Shown here one piece after another: positions 1 through 10,325 of a DNA stretch of 64,000 nucleotides. The DNA lies in contig OY843768.1 of NCBI GenBank assembly GCA_963693095.2, forward strand, positions 1,728,001-1,792,000, read 5' to 3'. The translations under genes and the position numbers were made by a program. The notes beneath the pieces were generated by a model. It did not search any database. It was not told the DNA's origin and was given only the letters and a program-made list of their open reading frames with translations. This DNA is from Cenarchaeum sp. Lineage in GTDB: Archaea > Thermoproteota > Nitrososphaeria > Nitrososphaerales > Nitrosopumilaceae. Every line of letters begins with the position of its first letter. Position 1 is the first letter of the stretch.

Positions 1-399
1 GAATATTGACGGCTCGTTGTACGTGTATGCAATCCCGTCAGCGCCGGCGGCGAGTGCGGCATCGGCGACCTCTGATGGGGACATGTGGATGCCCTCAACC
101 TTTCGCCTCTGGCTAATGTCGTGGTTTTGGCAGTACGAGCACAGCCAGTTGCACCCCGCCGTCGCTATCGAGTAGACGCGCGAGCCGGGACGATAGTGCG
201 TCACGGGCTTTTTCTCGATTGGGTCGACGTGGCCTGCCATGACACGGCCGTACACGTGCAAGTCGAGCTCGCCGCCGACGTTTCCGCGCACGCCGCACAG
301 GCCGTCCTGCCCGTCACCAAGCTCGCAGTACCTTGCGCACGCCGTGCACCTGACGCGCTGGCCTTCGAGCCGGTCATAGAGAAGACCCTCGCCGCGCAT
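1..399 (-). CDS. amrS: AmmeMemoRadiSam-type radical SAM enzyme (PFL-activase-like), N-terminal part; runs off the window
   Basis: Not in the ORF track. Manual translation from ATG 399 gives MRGEGLLYDRLEGQRVRCTACARYC...DPIEKKPVTHYRPGSRVYSIATAGCNWLCSYCQNHDISQ...YTYNEPSIF, with the CxxxCxxC motif. Confidence 0.88.
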   Translation of the reverse strand, partial: MRGEGLLYDRLEGQRVRCTACARYCELGDGQDGLCGVRGNVGGELDLHVYGRVMAGHVDPIEKKPVTHYRPGSRVYSIATAGCNWLCSYCQNHDISQRRKVEGIHMSPSEVADAALAAGADGIAYTYNEPSIF

Positions 400-791
400 G
401 GAGCGCGTGTGCGCGCCGCCCACTAATATTTGGGAGCTGTGCGCGCGGGCACGAGGTCAACCGAGTGATCTGCACGAGGGCACGTGGATCACGGGCGAGT
501 TGAAGACTCTAACTCGCGCCTTTTACTCTGTCGGCGGTTCGCGCTGCGGTGGCGGTGGAGGGGGCGGCAACGACGCGCGTGGTGCTGGTAAATGACACTA
601 GTGCTCCTACGCTGATGGTTCCTAGCTCGTTCACAAAGGCCGCAACGAGGCCAAGGGACACCATCATAACCGCCATGCTATGCCGCCCGCTCTTCAACGA
701 GGGGGCGCCCAACGTAGTTATTATTAACACTACTGCCCATTTTTGCCTGTGCACGAAGCGCATTTTAAATATTTTTAAATAAGATTACCCT

Positions 792-3700
792 GTGACGCCC
801 ACCATGAAAAATGTGCTGCTGGTCATAGCGGCCGCCTCGCTTGCGCTAGTGCCGCTACTCTCCCCACTTATCCACGCAACCCCCCCCGCGGTTCCATGCG
901 ACTATGAGTGCATGTGGCCCATAGGCCTGTATGATATCCCGGACTCCGCAAAGGTCGGAACTCCGATCACGGTGTCATATACATATGCGTGGGAGGGGAT
1001 CTTGAACGGCATAGCTGTCAACACGGACACGTGGGATCTCCCCCCGGGATATCACCCATGGCCGGAAGAGTGGGGAGAGCCGACACGGCCTCCCCAGTAC
1101 ATTGGCAGCACGGCTACCATGGTGCTCCCGGAAGGGATCGACGTGGTTGATTGGGAGACGCGTGGGTTTGAAAGGTCAAAGCTGTGGACTGATCAGTATG
1201 GACGCACAACGTACATGTACACGAAAACCAACGCATATGCACCTGGAACTACTAATGCTAGTATCGAGCTTGTGGTTAGGACAGATGCAAAGATCTATCC
1301 AAACGACGGTGTGATCGTCGATCTTGGGGTGCGTAGAGAAAAATGGGCTGATCCCACATTGTTTGTGAATCATAGTGGTGGCGCGCTGACATTCTCAGCA
1401 GACGAGGCCGTGATTGCTGCGGGGGCCTCTGAATCGTTCCGGCAACGAGACATCCGCCGCCTCCCGGATTCATCCTTTGATCCATTGGAAGACGAGGAGC
1501 TTTCTGGTGAGGCCAAACGTGCAATAGTGGAATTTCTGCTAGATCGGGCCGATGCTGGAGCTGTTGTGGGGGAGTCTGGCATTCCTGATTTTGCAAGGGC
1601 ACAGGTTACAGAACATGCTAAAGAGTCCGGCGTGGGGGGACAGGCCGACGGAGAACAATTCACATATGCGTACGGCTATTTTAGGGCACAGGATCGTGGT
1701 CAGGGCGCTGGAGTTGAGACAGCCAAACTCTCTGCGGCCACTGACGTCAAGGTGTGCCTTTATGATCAGACCGCCGACAGGTCAATATCTCCGCTCTTGC
1801 ACAACGGGGAGCCGGCATGCTCCCGCGTGGACTCTGACGGTTTCTATGGGATTGCCGTTCCCCGCAGTGATCCTGATAACGACGACACGGGGATTGACAT
1901 TGTGCCCGTATTTTCACTAGATCATGGAAAAGTGCGTGCTCTGACTTCTCGAGGTATCCCAATGTCGGTAAGCGGGCTGGTAATTGAAAACGTGAATGGC
2001 GTTGTGGTTTCCCTTGGCGAATATAGCGTTAGAACTCCATTGGGAGACGCAAGACAGTTTGCAGTAATGCGTTGGATGTATGATGATGTGTTGGATGCAT
2101 ACAGGTACTTTAAGGACACGTTTGGTTATGACGCGCCATTGGTAACTTTACAAAGTGGATCTTCTTCGTTTTATGATCTTGACAACGGCCGGATCGCCTT
2201 GCAAACTGGACTTCCCACACCACGTGAGGTCTCTACACGAGCCGCCGTCTTGCATGAATATGGCCATCACATTATGAACCACGTTTACGATAATGGGATC
2301 CCTCCAACTTTATCTTGTCGTCCTCACAGCCCAACACTTCCATCAAGTCCAGCATGCGCATGGTCTGAAGGCTGGGCGAGCTTTGTCCCGGCGCTAATGG
2401 AGGATTCCCCCCAATACAACACCTCCTTTGGGGCAGACGATGGCCACTTTAACTGGGAAACCCGCGAGGAACACTCACGTAATAACTCTGAACTTCTCAT
2501 GGGATCACTTGGCATCACGCGCTATTATGAGGGACAGGACGGGGAAGGGAGCGTGACGGCCATCTTGTGGGACATCCACGATGGCGGAAACGAGCCAGGA
2601 GACAACATAGCTGGTGGCGCCCAAGGCATCTGGACCGCGTTTGCAGATGACAGGGATGCCGGTGAGGCATTTGAGGCTACGAGCATACATGACTTTTACG
2701 ACGATTGGGTTGAAAACGGCGGACAGAATTTGGACAGTGTGTTTACCATAAACGGCGTAGATCCGACTGGCACGTACACGCCACCGTCATTGACCCTGTC
2801 TGTGGAGCGCAACGGGTCGGCACGAACAGGCGATAATTCGAGATATGCCAGGGCTGGTGATGTGGTGGTGGCGACGCTTGATTTTGGGGGGCCTGTCACA
2901 GCAGGCACGACCCCAGAGGCGTCCGTTCTGAGTAACGCACAGGGGAGCATGGTATCCGGCACGGGGGAGGCAAGACACGTGTGGATCGCGCGTGGAACGG
3001 TTGGAGACAACGAACCCAACGGGCAGGCACCGATCACGATCCTTGCCATGGCGCCAGGCGCGGTCTTGGCACCCATTAACACAGTCGGTTATGACAATAC
3101 ATCTTACACTGTGAGTCTTGCGCTAGAACGCGTGCCCACAAACGGGACGTATGAGGTGACGGCTCGTGCCGCCATAGCAGATTTGAACGGCGTTATGATC
3201 GGCTCTGACCAGTCACGCAGGTTTGAGTGGAATGCGGCAAACCCGCGCGTTGAAGAAGCTTTCTTGTCACCTAATGGCAAAGAAATAACACTCCTGTTTA
3301 GCGAAGGACTCGACACAGAAACTGTTCACCGAGGCATTTCTAATTTTGGGCGACCCGTAGAACGTCATGTACACGTAGACGGTTCAAACAAGGTAATGAT
3401 CGTCCAAGCCTCCGCACTTGGGTCGGATGGCACATACTATGTGGATACCACGAATATCATAACTGACACACAAGGACACAGGCACGCTGGGTCGAGGTCA
3501 CAAGTAGAGTGGGACGCAAGCACGCCTACATTCGAGCATGCCACAATATCTTCAAACGGTCGGACGATTTCAGTTACAATGAGTGAACGCTCTACCATAC
3601 AGCCCGCCTCCACAGGCTCCATAACGCTTGATTCTCGGCTGCCAGGGCGCGCTGGACTCTCGCCCTACCCCACTGTGGGAACAACGCACACCATAACGCT

Positions 3701-6700
3701 GGCGTCTCCTCCGCCTCCCGGAACTTATGAGGTTACAGTGCACCCCACGACGAAAAGCGGCAACAAGTTTCTCACGTCTAGCCAGACACGCTCGTTCACG
3801 TACAATCCTGCCGGACCCACTTTCGAGCACGTCACAGAGTCGTCTGACGGACAGACCCTTACGCTGACGTTCAGCGCGGGACTTGATGGTGACACGGTGA
3901 CGCAGGATCGCTTTATACTGGGACCGGGCATATCGCTGGCTGACACGAACCCCATTATGCACGTTGACGGCTCCCCGACGGTCATGTTGAAGCTGGTCGC
4001 CGCACCGGCATATGATGGCACGTATTCTGTAACTGCCAAGAGCACCATAGGCGGCACTAGTGGCGGCACGCTCGGATCTGATCAGACACGCAAGTTTGTG
4101 TGGAATCCCAAAGCCCCAACGCTTGACCGCATTGAAGTGTCGTCTGATGCCAGAAAGGTCAAGTTGATCTTTAGTGAGGGCATTCTCGCCGCGTCTGTAA
4201 ACACAACCACCATCGAACATTCTCCCACCATGGTGGTGGATCGCACGACTCCTATAGAGCACACAGACGGCTCTAACACGGTTACACTCAACCTTGCCCA
4301 GGCATTGATGGAGGGCGCACATTTCATAAAAGCTCAACACCACATTGCCGATTCTGCTGGCAGACAGATGACTGTAACGCAAAAGCTCCAGTTTACGTGG
4401 GATGCAGTGCCCCCTGCGCTTGAGTCAGTTAGAGCATCAGATAATGGCACCTCGCTCATACTGACGTTTAGTGAAGGCCTAGACACGGAGACGGTAACAA
4501 CGGACAACTTTGTGTTGTCTGCTGAACTGCCGTTTGTCGCGCCGCCGTTTGCCGTACCTAGCAATAATCCCATAAGCCACGTTGATGGTGATGCATACGT
4601 ATTGATCAAGCTAAAAAACCGGCCTAACCCTGGCCCGTACACGATTACGGCAAAGTCCGGCATCAGGGACATGACAGGTGTTGCGTCTAGCTCCGATCAG
4701 TCCATAATGTTTACACGGAATCCCGCCGTTCCAAATCTAGAGTCAGCGTCAATGTCATCAGATGGTAGAATGCTACAACTTACGTTTAGCACAGGTATAG
4801 ACACTGGGACTATCACAAAGGACAACATAACACTGTCTTCAAGAAACACGGGCCTATTCATTACAGAGCAGGCAGCCAACCACAGAATAATCGTGGACAC
4901 AGTGGCACCACGCCTCCTTGATGCGTTCTTTACATCGACAACATCGGCGAGGCTAGAGTTCAGCGAGCCCCTTGATGCCACGACTGTCAAGCCAACGGCG
5001 TTTGGCGTCACGCGCGAGGATGCCACGATCACGGCCACGCCGTCATACACGGTAGGCGAAAGGGTAGTCACCCTTGACCTGTCGCCTGCGCTCACAGCCG
5101 GCATCGCGCACACAATGCACGTAAAGGCCGGCCTTGCCGACAGGGCTGGAAATTCCGTAGAAACCGCAACAAAAACCCTGCCGCCTCCGTCCACGGCCAT
5201 CGCAGCGCCCACGTTTGAGGCAACACGAACAAGCAGGTACACAGTTATCACGTTCAGTGAGGATGTCCGTGTCATAGAAGGCCAAGAATTGAACTGGCGT
5301 GACTGGGCTGTGAGCACACCAAGCGGATTTGAGCCTAGATCACCTGGGCACTTTGTCGATCTTGATAACCGAAGAATTGTGCTAGACACAGTGCCGCCCC
5401 TAAGATCGGGCGAAGACGCACACATTGAGTTTTCTCCATACGGCGGAAACTCTCCCAAGATTGAGAATCTTTCGGGTTATGACATGCCTGTGGGTACTAG
5501 GGCCAACCTGCCATCCGCGATATTTCCGGCGATTTTTGCAGAGGCCCATGACGAGGGCATAGTTAGGATAGAGTTTGATGAGACTCTGGCCCCCGCCGAA
5601 CCAATGTATTCCCCCGCGGTTAGCAGCCTCGTAAGCGGCCGGACGGAGGCATCAGAGTGGAAGATTAACGGCGTGCAGGCCACCGGCATTATGAGCAGCG
5701 TAGACGCTGAGACGAGACAGACTCTAGACGTAAACGGTGCGACCAGATTTTACCTAAAGCACGGGGTAGCTGGGCTCGGAGGAACACTGCAGGTGGAGTA
5801 TCTCGGACCCGGGGAGGGCAGCACCAACTCGCTAATGAACTCTCACATGAACGCGCTCGCACCAGTAAAGGTCACTAGTGTAGACCGCATACCCAACGCA
5901 TTCACTGCGGGAGAGTTTCTGGACAGCAAGAGGATCAGGATCACTGCCGCAAAGGCGATCGACGCACGCCTGGCAGCTCAGCTGCAAATACAGAACGTGC
6001 CACTGGCCCTGATCCCCACCGATAACCCACTCACGGCGGTCTTGCGCCTAGAGGATGATGCGCAGGACGGGTGCATCTATGAGATCCAGAACAACTTTAG
6101 CACCGCTGTGGCTAGGATAAACGACGGATCCAACAAGATCACCTACACGGACACACACGCGCCTGTGATCAACTCGGCCACGTCCACGAGCGGCACGACG
6201 ACTGAGGTGCGCTTTAACGAGCCGGTCTCGTTCGGCGCGTTGCCGACGGTCGCGCAGCACAGGGGCCACTGGGAGATCACTGATGCCGGCACGGACAAAG
6301 AGATCTCGGCGGTGGCCGTGAGGGCAGGCAGCCCGTCAGTCGTGGAGATCACGCACGCGCCGCTGGCGCGCACGGACTCTACGCCAACGGTCGCATACAA
6401 CGGCGGGGCAGACGACGACGCGCGCATCCGCGACACGCGCACATCTCCCTGCACCACCACCGACGCCACGCCAAAGAACGACTTGAGCAGTAACGTGGAA
6501 CTCGTCGCGTCTGACGGTGCGGCGCCTGGAGCCACAGTGTCGGCCGCAGTCTCCCGAAACGGGGAGCCAAAGTCCGGCACCAACGCGCAGTGGGCAAGGG
6601 CAGGCGACACGATCACCGTGTCGCTGGACATGGACGAGGCGGGCAGGCCGACGTCCCCGCCGCGCCTGGCGTCAGGCGGGACCAACACGGGAATGACATC

Positions 6701-7511
6701 CGGCATGGCATCAGACATGTGGTCAGGCGAGCGTACCGTGGCGTCTGACGAAACCCAGGGACCGCTCGCCTTCACCATAACTGCGCTAGACGCGGCGGCC
6801 AATCTCGGGGTCTTTACGCACGCCGGCGCGAGCACAAACGCCATGGTGGACACCGTAACGCCCGACCTGAGCGGCGCGACGACTTCTAGTGCGACGACGA
6901 CGCGCGTGACCCTCTCCGAGGGCGCCTGGGGAATCGTGAGGGCGGCTGACTGGGTCGTCGGGGAGGCCGCGGCCACCGGCGTCGCCGTTGGGGAGGGAGG
7001 CGTGTTCACGCCGACGATCACCATGTCAGGCGGCACGGCGTTCACGCTGCAGCACGCGATCCTGGCTGACACGGCCGCCGTGCCCACCGTGGCATACAGG
7101 CCGCCGGGATCTCCCGTTGCCGGGCCTGGGGGCGGCCCTGACGCGGCTCCGGGGCCGGGTTCGGCGCCAGACACGACTCCGCCGCCGCCAGCCCCGCCTG
7201 CGGAGCCTGACCCGCCGGCAGCCAGCATAGAGTTTGACGCTGGCGGCCTTGACGGCGCGTCAGTAAGAACCGGAGAGACGCGCTCGTTTGACGTCAGTGT
7301 CACGCGCGTGGAGGGAGGGGGATTTGCGATAATACTCCTATCCGGCCAGCCGGACTTTGTGACCGTGCAGAACACGGGCATCAACGCGGCCACGATAACA
7401 GTTGACGCGTCACACGCGTCGGCAATGACCGGCGATTACACGTTCATTGTTATGGCCGCCACGGGATCCGATCCGGCCTCCAAGAGCGTCACGATAACTG
7501 TCACCTCCTAG
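792..7511 (+). CDS. Giant secreted/surface protein: signal peptide, gluzincin-type Zn metalloprotease domain, many Ig-like (SbsA/Big_5-type) repeats, Pro-rich linker
   Basis: 2239-aa ORF with a hydrophobic N-terminus. VLHEYGHHIM followed by AWSEGWASF (HExxH...E). Repeated SxDGxxxxLxFSEGLDxxTV modules and DTxAP junctions. Confidence 0.8.
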   Translation: MTPTMKNVLLVIAAASLALVPLLSPLIHATPPAVPCDYECMWPIGLYDIPDSAKVGTPITVSYTYAWEGILNGIAVNTDTWDLPPGYHPWPEEWGEPTRPPQYIGSTATMVLPEGIDVVDWETRGFERSKLWTDQYGRTTYMYTKTNAYAPGTTNASIELVVRTDAKIYPNDGVIVDLGVRREKWADPTLFVNHSGGALTFSADEAVIAAGASESFRQRDIRRLPDSSFDPLEDEELSGEAKRAIVEFLLDRADAGAVVGESGIPDFARAQVTEHAKESGVGGQADGEQFTYAYGYFRAQDRGQGAGVETAKLSAATDVKVCLYDQTADRSISPLLHNGEPACSRVDSDGFYGIAVPRSDPDNDDTGIDIVPVFSLDHGKVRALTSRGIPMSVSGLVIENVNGVVVSLGEYSVRTPLGDARQFAVMRWMYDDVLDAYRYFKDTFGYDAPLVTLQSGSSSFYDLDNGRIALQTGLPTPREVSTRAAVLHEYGHHIMNHVYDNGIPPTLSCRPHSPTLPSSPACAWSEGWASFVPALMEDSPQYNTSFGADDGHFNWETREEHSRNNSELLMGSLGITRYYEGQDGEGSVTAILWDIHDGGNEPGDNIAGGAQGIWTAFADDRDAGEAFEATSIHDFYDDWVENGGQNLDSVFTINGVDPTGTYTPPSLTLSVERNGSARTGDNSRYARAGDVVVATLDFGGPVTAGTTPEASVLSNAQGSMVSGTGEARHVWIARGTVGDNEPNGQAPITILAMAPGAVLAPINTVGYDNTSYTVSLALERVPTNGTYEVTARAAIADLNGVMIGSDQSRRFEWNAANPRVEEAFLSPNGKEITLLFSEGLDTETVHRGISNFGRPVERHVHVDGSNKVMIVQASALGSDGTYYVDTTNIITDTQGHRHAGSRSQVEWDASTPTFEHATISSNGRTISVTMSERSTIQPASTGSITLDSRLPGRAGLSPYPTVGTTHTITLASPPPPGTYEVTVHPTTKSGNKFLTSSQTRSFTYNPAGPTFEHVTESSDGQTLTLTFSAGLDGDTVTQDRFILGPGISLADTNPIMHVDGSPTVMLKLVAAPAYDGTYSVTAKSTIGGTSGGTLGSDQTRKFVWNPKAPTLDRIEVSSDARKVKLIFSEGILAASVNTTTIEHSPTMVVDRTTPIEHTDGSNTVTLNLAQALMEGAHFIKAQHHIADSAGRQMTVTQKLQFTWDAVPPALESVRASDNGTSLILTFSEGLDTETVTTDNFVLSAELPFVAPPFAVPSNNPISHVDGDAYVLIKLKNRPNPGPYTITAKSGIRDMTGVASSSDQSIMFTRNPAVPNLESASMSSDGRMLQLTFSTGIDTGTITKDNITLSSRNTGLFITEQAANHRIIVDTVAPRLLDAFFTSTTSARLEFSEPLDATTVKPTAFGVTREDATITATPSYTVGERVVTLDLSPALTAGIAHTMHVKAGLADRAGNSVETATKTLPPPSTAIAAPTFEATRTSRYTVITFSEDVRVIEGQELNWRDWAVSTPSGFEPRSPGHFVDLDNRRIVLDTVPPLRSGEDAHIEFSPYGGNSPKIENLSGYDMPVGTRANLPSAIFPAIFAEAHDEGIVRIEFDETLAPAEPMYSPAVSSLVSGRTEASEWKINGVQATGIMSSVDAETRQTLDVNGATRFYLKHGVAGLGGTLQVEYLGPGEGSTNSLMNSHMNALAPVKVTSVDRIPNAFTAGEFLDSKRIRITAAKAIDARLAAQLQIQNVPLALIPTDNPLTAVLRLEDDAQDGCIYEIQNNFSTAVARINDGSNKITYTDTHAPVINSATSTSGTTTEVRFNEPVSFGALPTVAQHRGHWEITDAGTDKEISAVAVRAGSPSVVEITHAPLARTDSTPTVAYNGGADDDARIRDTRTSPCTTTDATPKNDLSSNVELVASDGAAPGATVSAAVSRNGEPKSGTNAQWARAGDTITVSLDMDEAGRPTSPPRLASGGTNTGMTSGMASDMWSGERTVASDETQGPLAFTITALDAAANLGVFTHAGASTNAMVDTVTPDLSGATTSSATTTRVTLSEGAWGIVRAADWVVGEAAATGVAVGEGGVFTPTITMSGGTAFTLQHAILADTAAVPTVAYRPPGSPVAGPGGGPDAAPGPGSAPDTTPPPPAPPAEPDPPAASIEFDAGGLDGASVRTGETRSFDVSVTRVEGGGFAIILLSGQPDFVTVQNTGINAATITVDASHASAMTGDYTFIVMAATGSDPASKSVTITVTS

Positions 7512-7653
7512 CACACGTCGTAGACCATGCCCGCTCATGCTCAGACAGGCACCACCGCGGCAAGTGAGTCGGCAGGATGCCCCCATTTGACCAAGTGGGT
7601 AGAGGCGACAACTCGTGCCCAAAACTCGGATTACAGTTATTAAACACTAGTTC

Positions 7654-8475
7654 GTGCAAGGCGTGTTGTCGCCGGGCATGATCACGCTGATAGTCCTTGC
7701 CGCCGCACTGGCGTCTGTGGGCGTCATGGCAACGCCCATGGTGTCTGCAGCCGACCTGCTCGCGCCGACTATCACGACATCATGGTGCTTTATCGAGGCG
7801 ACTGGCGCTAGCACCCCAACGTCATCATGCACACCCTCGACTGCCACTGACGCAGGCGCGAGCATAACTCCGACTGAGACGATCCCGGCAACCCTTGGAC
7901 TGGGCCTGCACAAGGTCTTGGTAAACGCGACGGACAGCAGCGGCAACTGGGCTGCCACGACGCGCGCAATACTCGTTGCGGACACAACGCCGCCGACGTG
8001 CACCTCGGTGAGATACCCTGTATATGTCGAGGCGCGCGCTCCCCTGACTGCGATACTTCGGCAAGACGCAAAAATCAACCCAGCTGACACGGCTAGCACC
8101 CTCGACGAGCTGCATCTGAGCACCAACGCCAGGCCGCTGCAAGTTGACCAGGGACGCACCGTGCTCTGGACCGTGGAGGACAGGGCAGGCAACACGGCCA
8201 AATGCACGCAGCGCATAATCGTGATTGACACGACACCGCCGTCATTCCCCGACACAATCCCGTCCGCCATATTCCACTCGGCGGTGCCCGTGAGCGTGTC
8301 ATCAGTCATCCTCACGCCGCCTGCGGCGACTGACATTGCGGATCCGATCCTGGCCATATACCACGAGGAGACCGGAATGTTTGAGCTTGGCGTGAACACG
8401 GTCACGTGGTTGGCCATCGACGCGTCGGTAAACGTCGCCACGGCAACGCAAAAGGTCATAGTGCAGGCCCCCTAG
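7654..8475 (+). CDS. Secreted HYR/Ig-like repeat protein
   Basis: Signal peptide; three repeats of the type ATDxSGNxA...IxVxDTTPP and FELGVNTVTWLAxD. Confidence 0.7.
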   Translation: MQGVLSPGMITLIVLAAALASVGVMATPMVSAADLLAPTITTSWCFIEATGASTPTSSCTPSTATDAGASITPTETIPATLGLGLHKVLVNATDSSGNWAATTRAILVADTTPPTCTSVRYPVYVEARAPLTAILRQDAKINPADTASTLDELHLSTNARPLQVDQGRTVLWTVEDRAGNTAKCTQRIIVIDTTPPSFPDTIPSAIFHSAVPVSVSSVILTPPAATDIADPILAIYHEETGMFELGVNTVTWLAIDASVNVATATQKVIVQAP

Positions 8476-8635
8476 CTCGGGCATCCGGCCATGTCGCAGG
8501 CAGGCGATGCGGCGATCCCGTGACTGGCCGCCACCACTCCTGCAGCGCACCCATGCAGACATGACTGGCCGCCGCGACCAGGGCTTCCCCACGGAGCCGC
8601 AATGCTAAAAACCACCACGATCGTGCGTGCCGCGC

Positions 8636-9142
8636 ATGAGCAGGCCGGGAAACGCATGGAGGAAGGTTCGCGGGCGAGTCACGGGGCGGCCGGCGAACTT
8701 TTCGTGGGTCGTGCCTGACGCGTTTGCCGGCTCGGCGGCCCCAATGTCGCGCACAGAGCTAGACTGGATTCTCGCACAGGGCGTAGAGTCCATAATCACA
8801 ATGACCGAAGACGCCCTCCCGACCGAGTGGACCCAAGATCTCGGCGCGTACCTTCACGTGCCCACGCCAGACCTTCAGGCGCCAGAGATGGAGGGCATAG
8901 AGCGCGCAGTCGACTTTGCGCACAATGCAATATCCTCCAAGGGCCGCGTCATGGTCCACTGTGCGGCCGGCATGGGCAGGGCCGGCACGATACTTGCGTG
9001 CTATCTAGTAAGATACCACGGACTCGGCGCAGACGAGGCGATCGCCAGGATTCGCGCCGAGAGGCCGGGCTCGATACAGTCAAGCCCGCAAGAGAACGTC
9101 ATACGCATGTACGAGAGGCGCGTGCGCGCTACTCGGGCCTAG
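8636..9142 (+). CDS. Dual-specificity protein phosphatase
   Basis: HCAAGMGRAGT (CX5R) active-site loop. Confidence 0.92.
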   Translation: MSRPGNAWRKVRGRVTGRPANFSWVVPDAFAGSAAPMSRTELDWILAQGVESIITMTEDALPTEWTQDLGAYLHVPTPDLQAPEMEGIERAVDFAHNAISSKGRVMVHCAAGMGRAGTILACYLVRYHGLGADEAIARIRAERPGSIQSSPQENVIRMYERRVRATRA

Positions 9143-9284
9143 ACTCCGAGACGAGCTGGCCGTCCGGACCAACACGCACGGACATGCTGGATCCGTCGCC
9201 AAACGTTAGCGTGATGCCGCCACTAGGGTCGGGATCCTCGACCTTTACGAGATCCTTCATGCGTATGCCGTCAAACTTTGCCAT
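9129..9284 (-). CDS. Small hypothetical protein (51 aa), paralog of 9292..9444
   Basis: MAKFDGIRMKDLVKVEDPDPSGGITLTFGDGSSMSVRVGPDGQLVSESRPE*; below the ORF-track length cutoff; aligns with its neighbour. Confidence 0.75.
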   Translation of the reverse strand: MAKFDGIRMKDLVKVEDPDPSGGITLTFGDGSSMSVRVGPDGQLVSESRPE

Positions 9285-9291
9285 CTGCCAA

Positions 9292-9444
9292 TCACTCTGG
9301 TATCGAGACGGTGTCGAGCTTGTCGCCGTCGGCCTTGATAAAGAGAAACCTATTGTCCTTGAATATTATGGTGATTCCGCCCTCCTTGTCAGGCTCCTCG
9401 ACCTCAAGAACCGGCTGGCCGAGCAGGCCGTCATACTTTGCCAT
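9292..9444 (-). CDS. Small hypothetical protein (50 aa)
   Basis: MAKYDGLLGQPVLEVEEPDKEGGITIIFKDNRFLFIKADGDKLDTVSIPE*; TATAA about 30 nt upstream. Confidence 0.78.
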   Translation of the reverse strand: MAKYDGLLGQPVLEVEEPDKEGGITIIFKDNRFLFIKADGDKLDTVSIPE

Positions 9445-9480
9445 CGTCGCGCGCGAGTCGCCGGCACTCCCCTTATATCC

Positions 9481-9999
9481 CTATATGGTGAGCGTCCCGC
9501 TCACGCTGGCCTTGTGGCTCTCGGCCTCCGTATACTCGTGCTTTTGCCAAGAGACCCAAATGTCAGCAGTCACCTTGTGCGTGCCGGCCCCAAGCGTGGC
9601 CGGATCAAAGGCGATGCGCTCCTCAAAGTCGAGGAGCTCTGACCTGACGCCCTCGACGCTGAGCGCGATAAAGGGCTCAAAGTTCTTTGCGACCTGGACC
9701 CATATGCGGCGGTCCTTCATGGGGTTTACGAGCTTTGGGTTGCGCGTCCAGAATATGGCCGCCTTGCGGTACGAGTCGACCTCGCGGCCGATCGTGCGCT
9801 TTCGCGCGCCGCCCGTGTGGAGCCTCACGCCATAGCGTATCTTGAAGACATTGTCATGGGCCTCGTACGCGCGCTCCCAGCCCTCCTCGCCAAAAGCCTC
9901 GCGCAGCGCGCCGGCGACTGCAAAGGAGACAGTCGCGGCGGCCTCGCCGTCTGCTGCCCCCTCGATCCTCGCGCCGTCTATGCGGCTAGGTCCCCCCAT
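9481..9999 (-). CDS. Conserved hypothetical protein
   Basis: 172-aa ORF with typical codon usage, divergent from rpo11. Confidence 0.7.
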   Translation of the reverse strand: MGGPSRIDGARIEGAADGEAAATVSFAVAGALREAFGEEGWERAYEAHDNVFKIRYGVRLHTGGARKRTIGREVDSYRKAAIFWTRNPKLVNPMKDRRIWVQVAKNFEPFIALSVEGVRSELLDFEERIAFDPATLGAGTHKVTADIWVSWQKHEYTEAESHKASVSGTLTI

Positions 10000-10044
10000 G
10001 CGTCTCCATGGTATTTATAGCCGCAATATGTGCCTTTTGCGGTA

Positions 10045-10320
10045 ATGGGGGTTCAGGTGCTCAGCTCGACTTCGCGCGAGATCAACGTCTCGCTCACGAG
10101 CTCCGACATTGGCACGCTATACGTCATACAGCGCGAGCTCCTAAAGAGCCCGTCAGTCGACTTTGCCGGCGTCATCGTAAAGCACCCGCTCACCAACGAG
10201 TGCTGGATGCGCGTGAGCTCCTCAAAGGGCAGTCCCGTCTCCGAGATGGAGCGCGCGACTGCCGCAGCCCTAAAGACCGCCGCCGAGATCAGGGCGGCCC
10301 TTGCGCCAAAGGCGGGATAG
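10045..10320 (+). CDS. rpo11: DNA-directed RNA polymerase subunit L (Rpo11)
   Basis: DIGTLYVIQRELL...VDFAGVIVKHPL motif; adjacent to TFS. Confidence 0.88.
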   Translation: MGVQVLSSTSREINVSLTSSDIGTLYVIQRELLKSPSVDFAGVIVKHPLTNECWMRVSSSKGSPVSEMERATAAALKTAAEIRAALAPKAG

Positions 10321-10325
10321 GCGCA

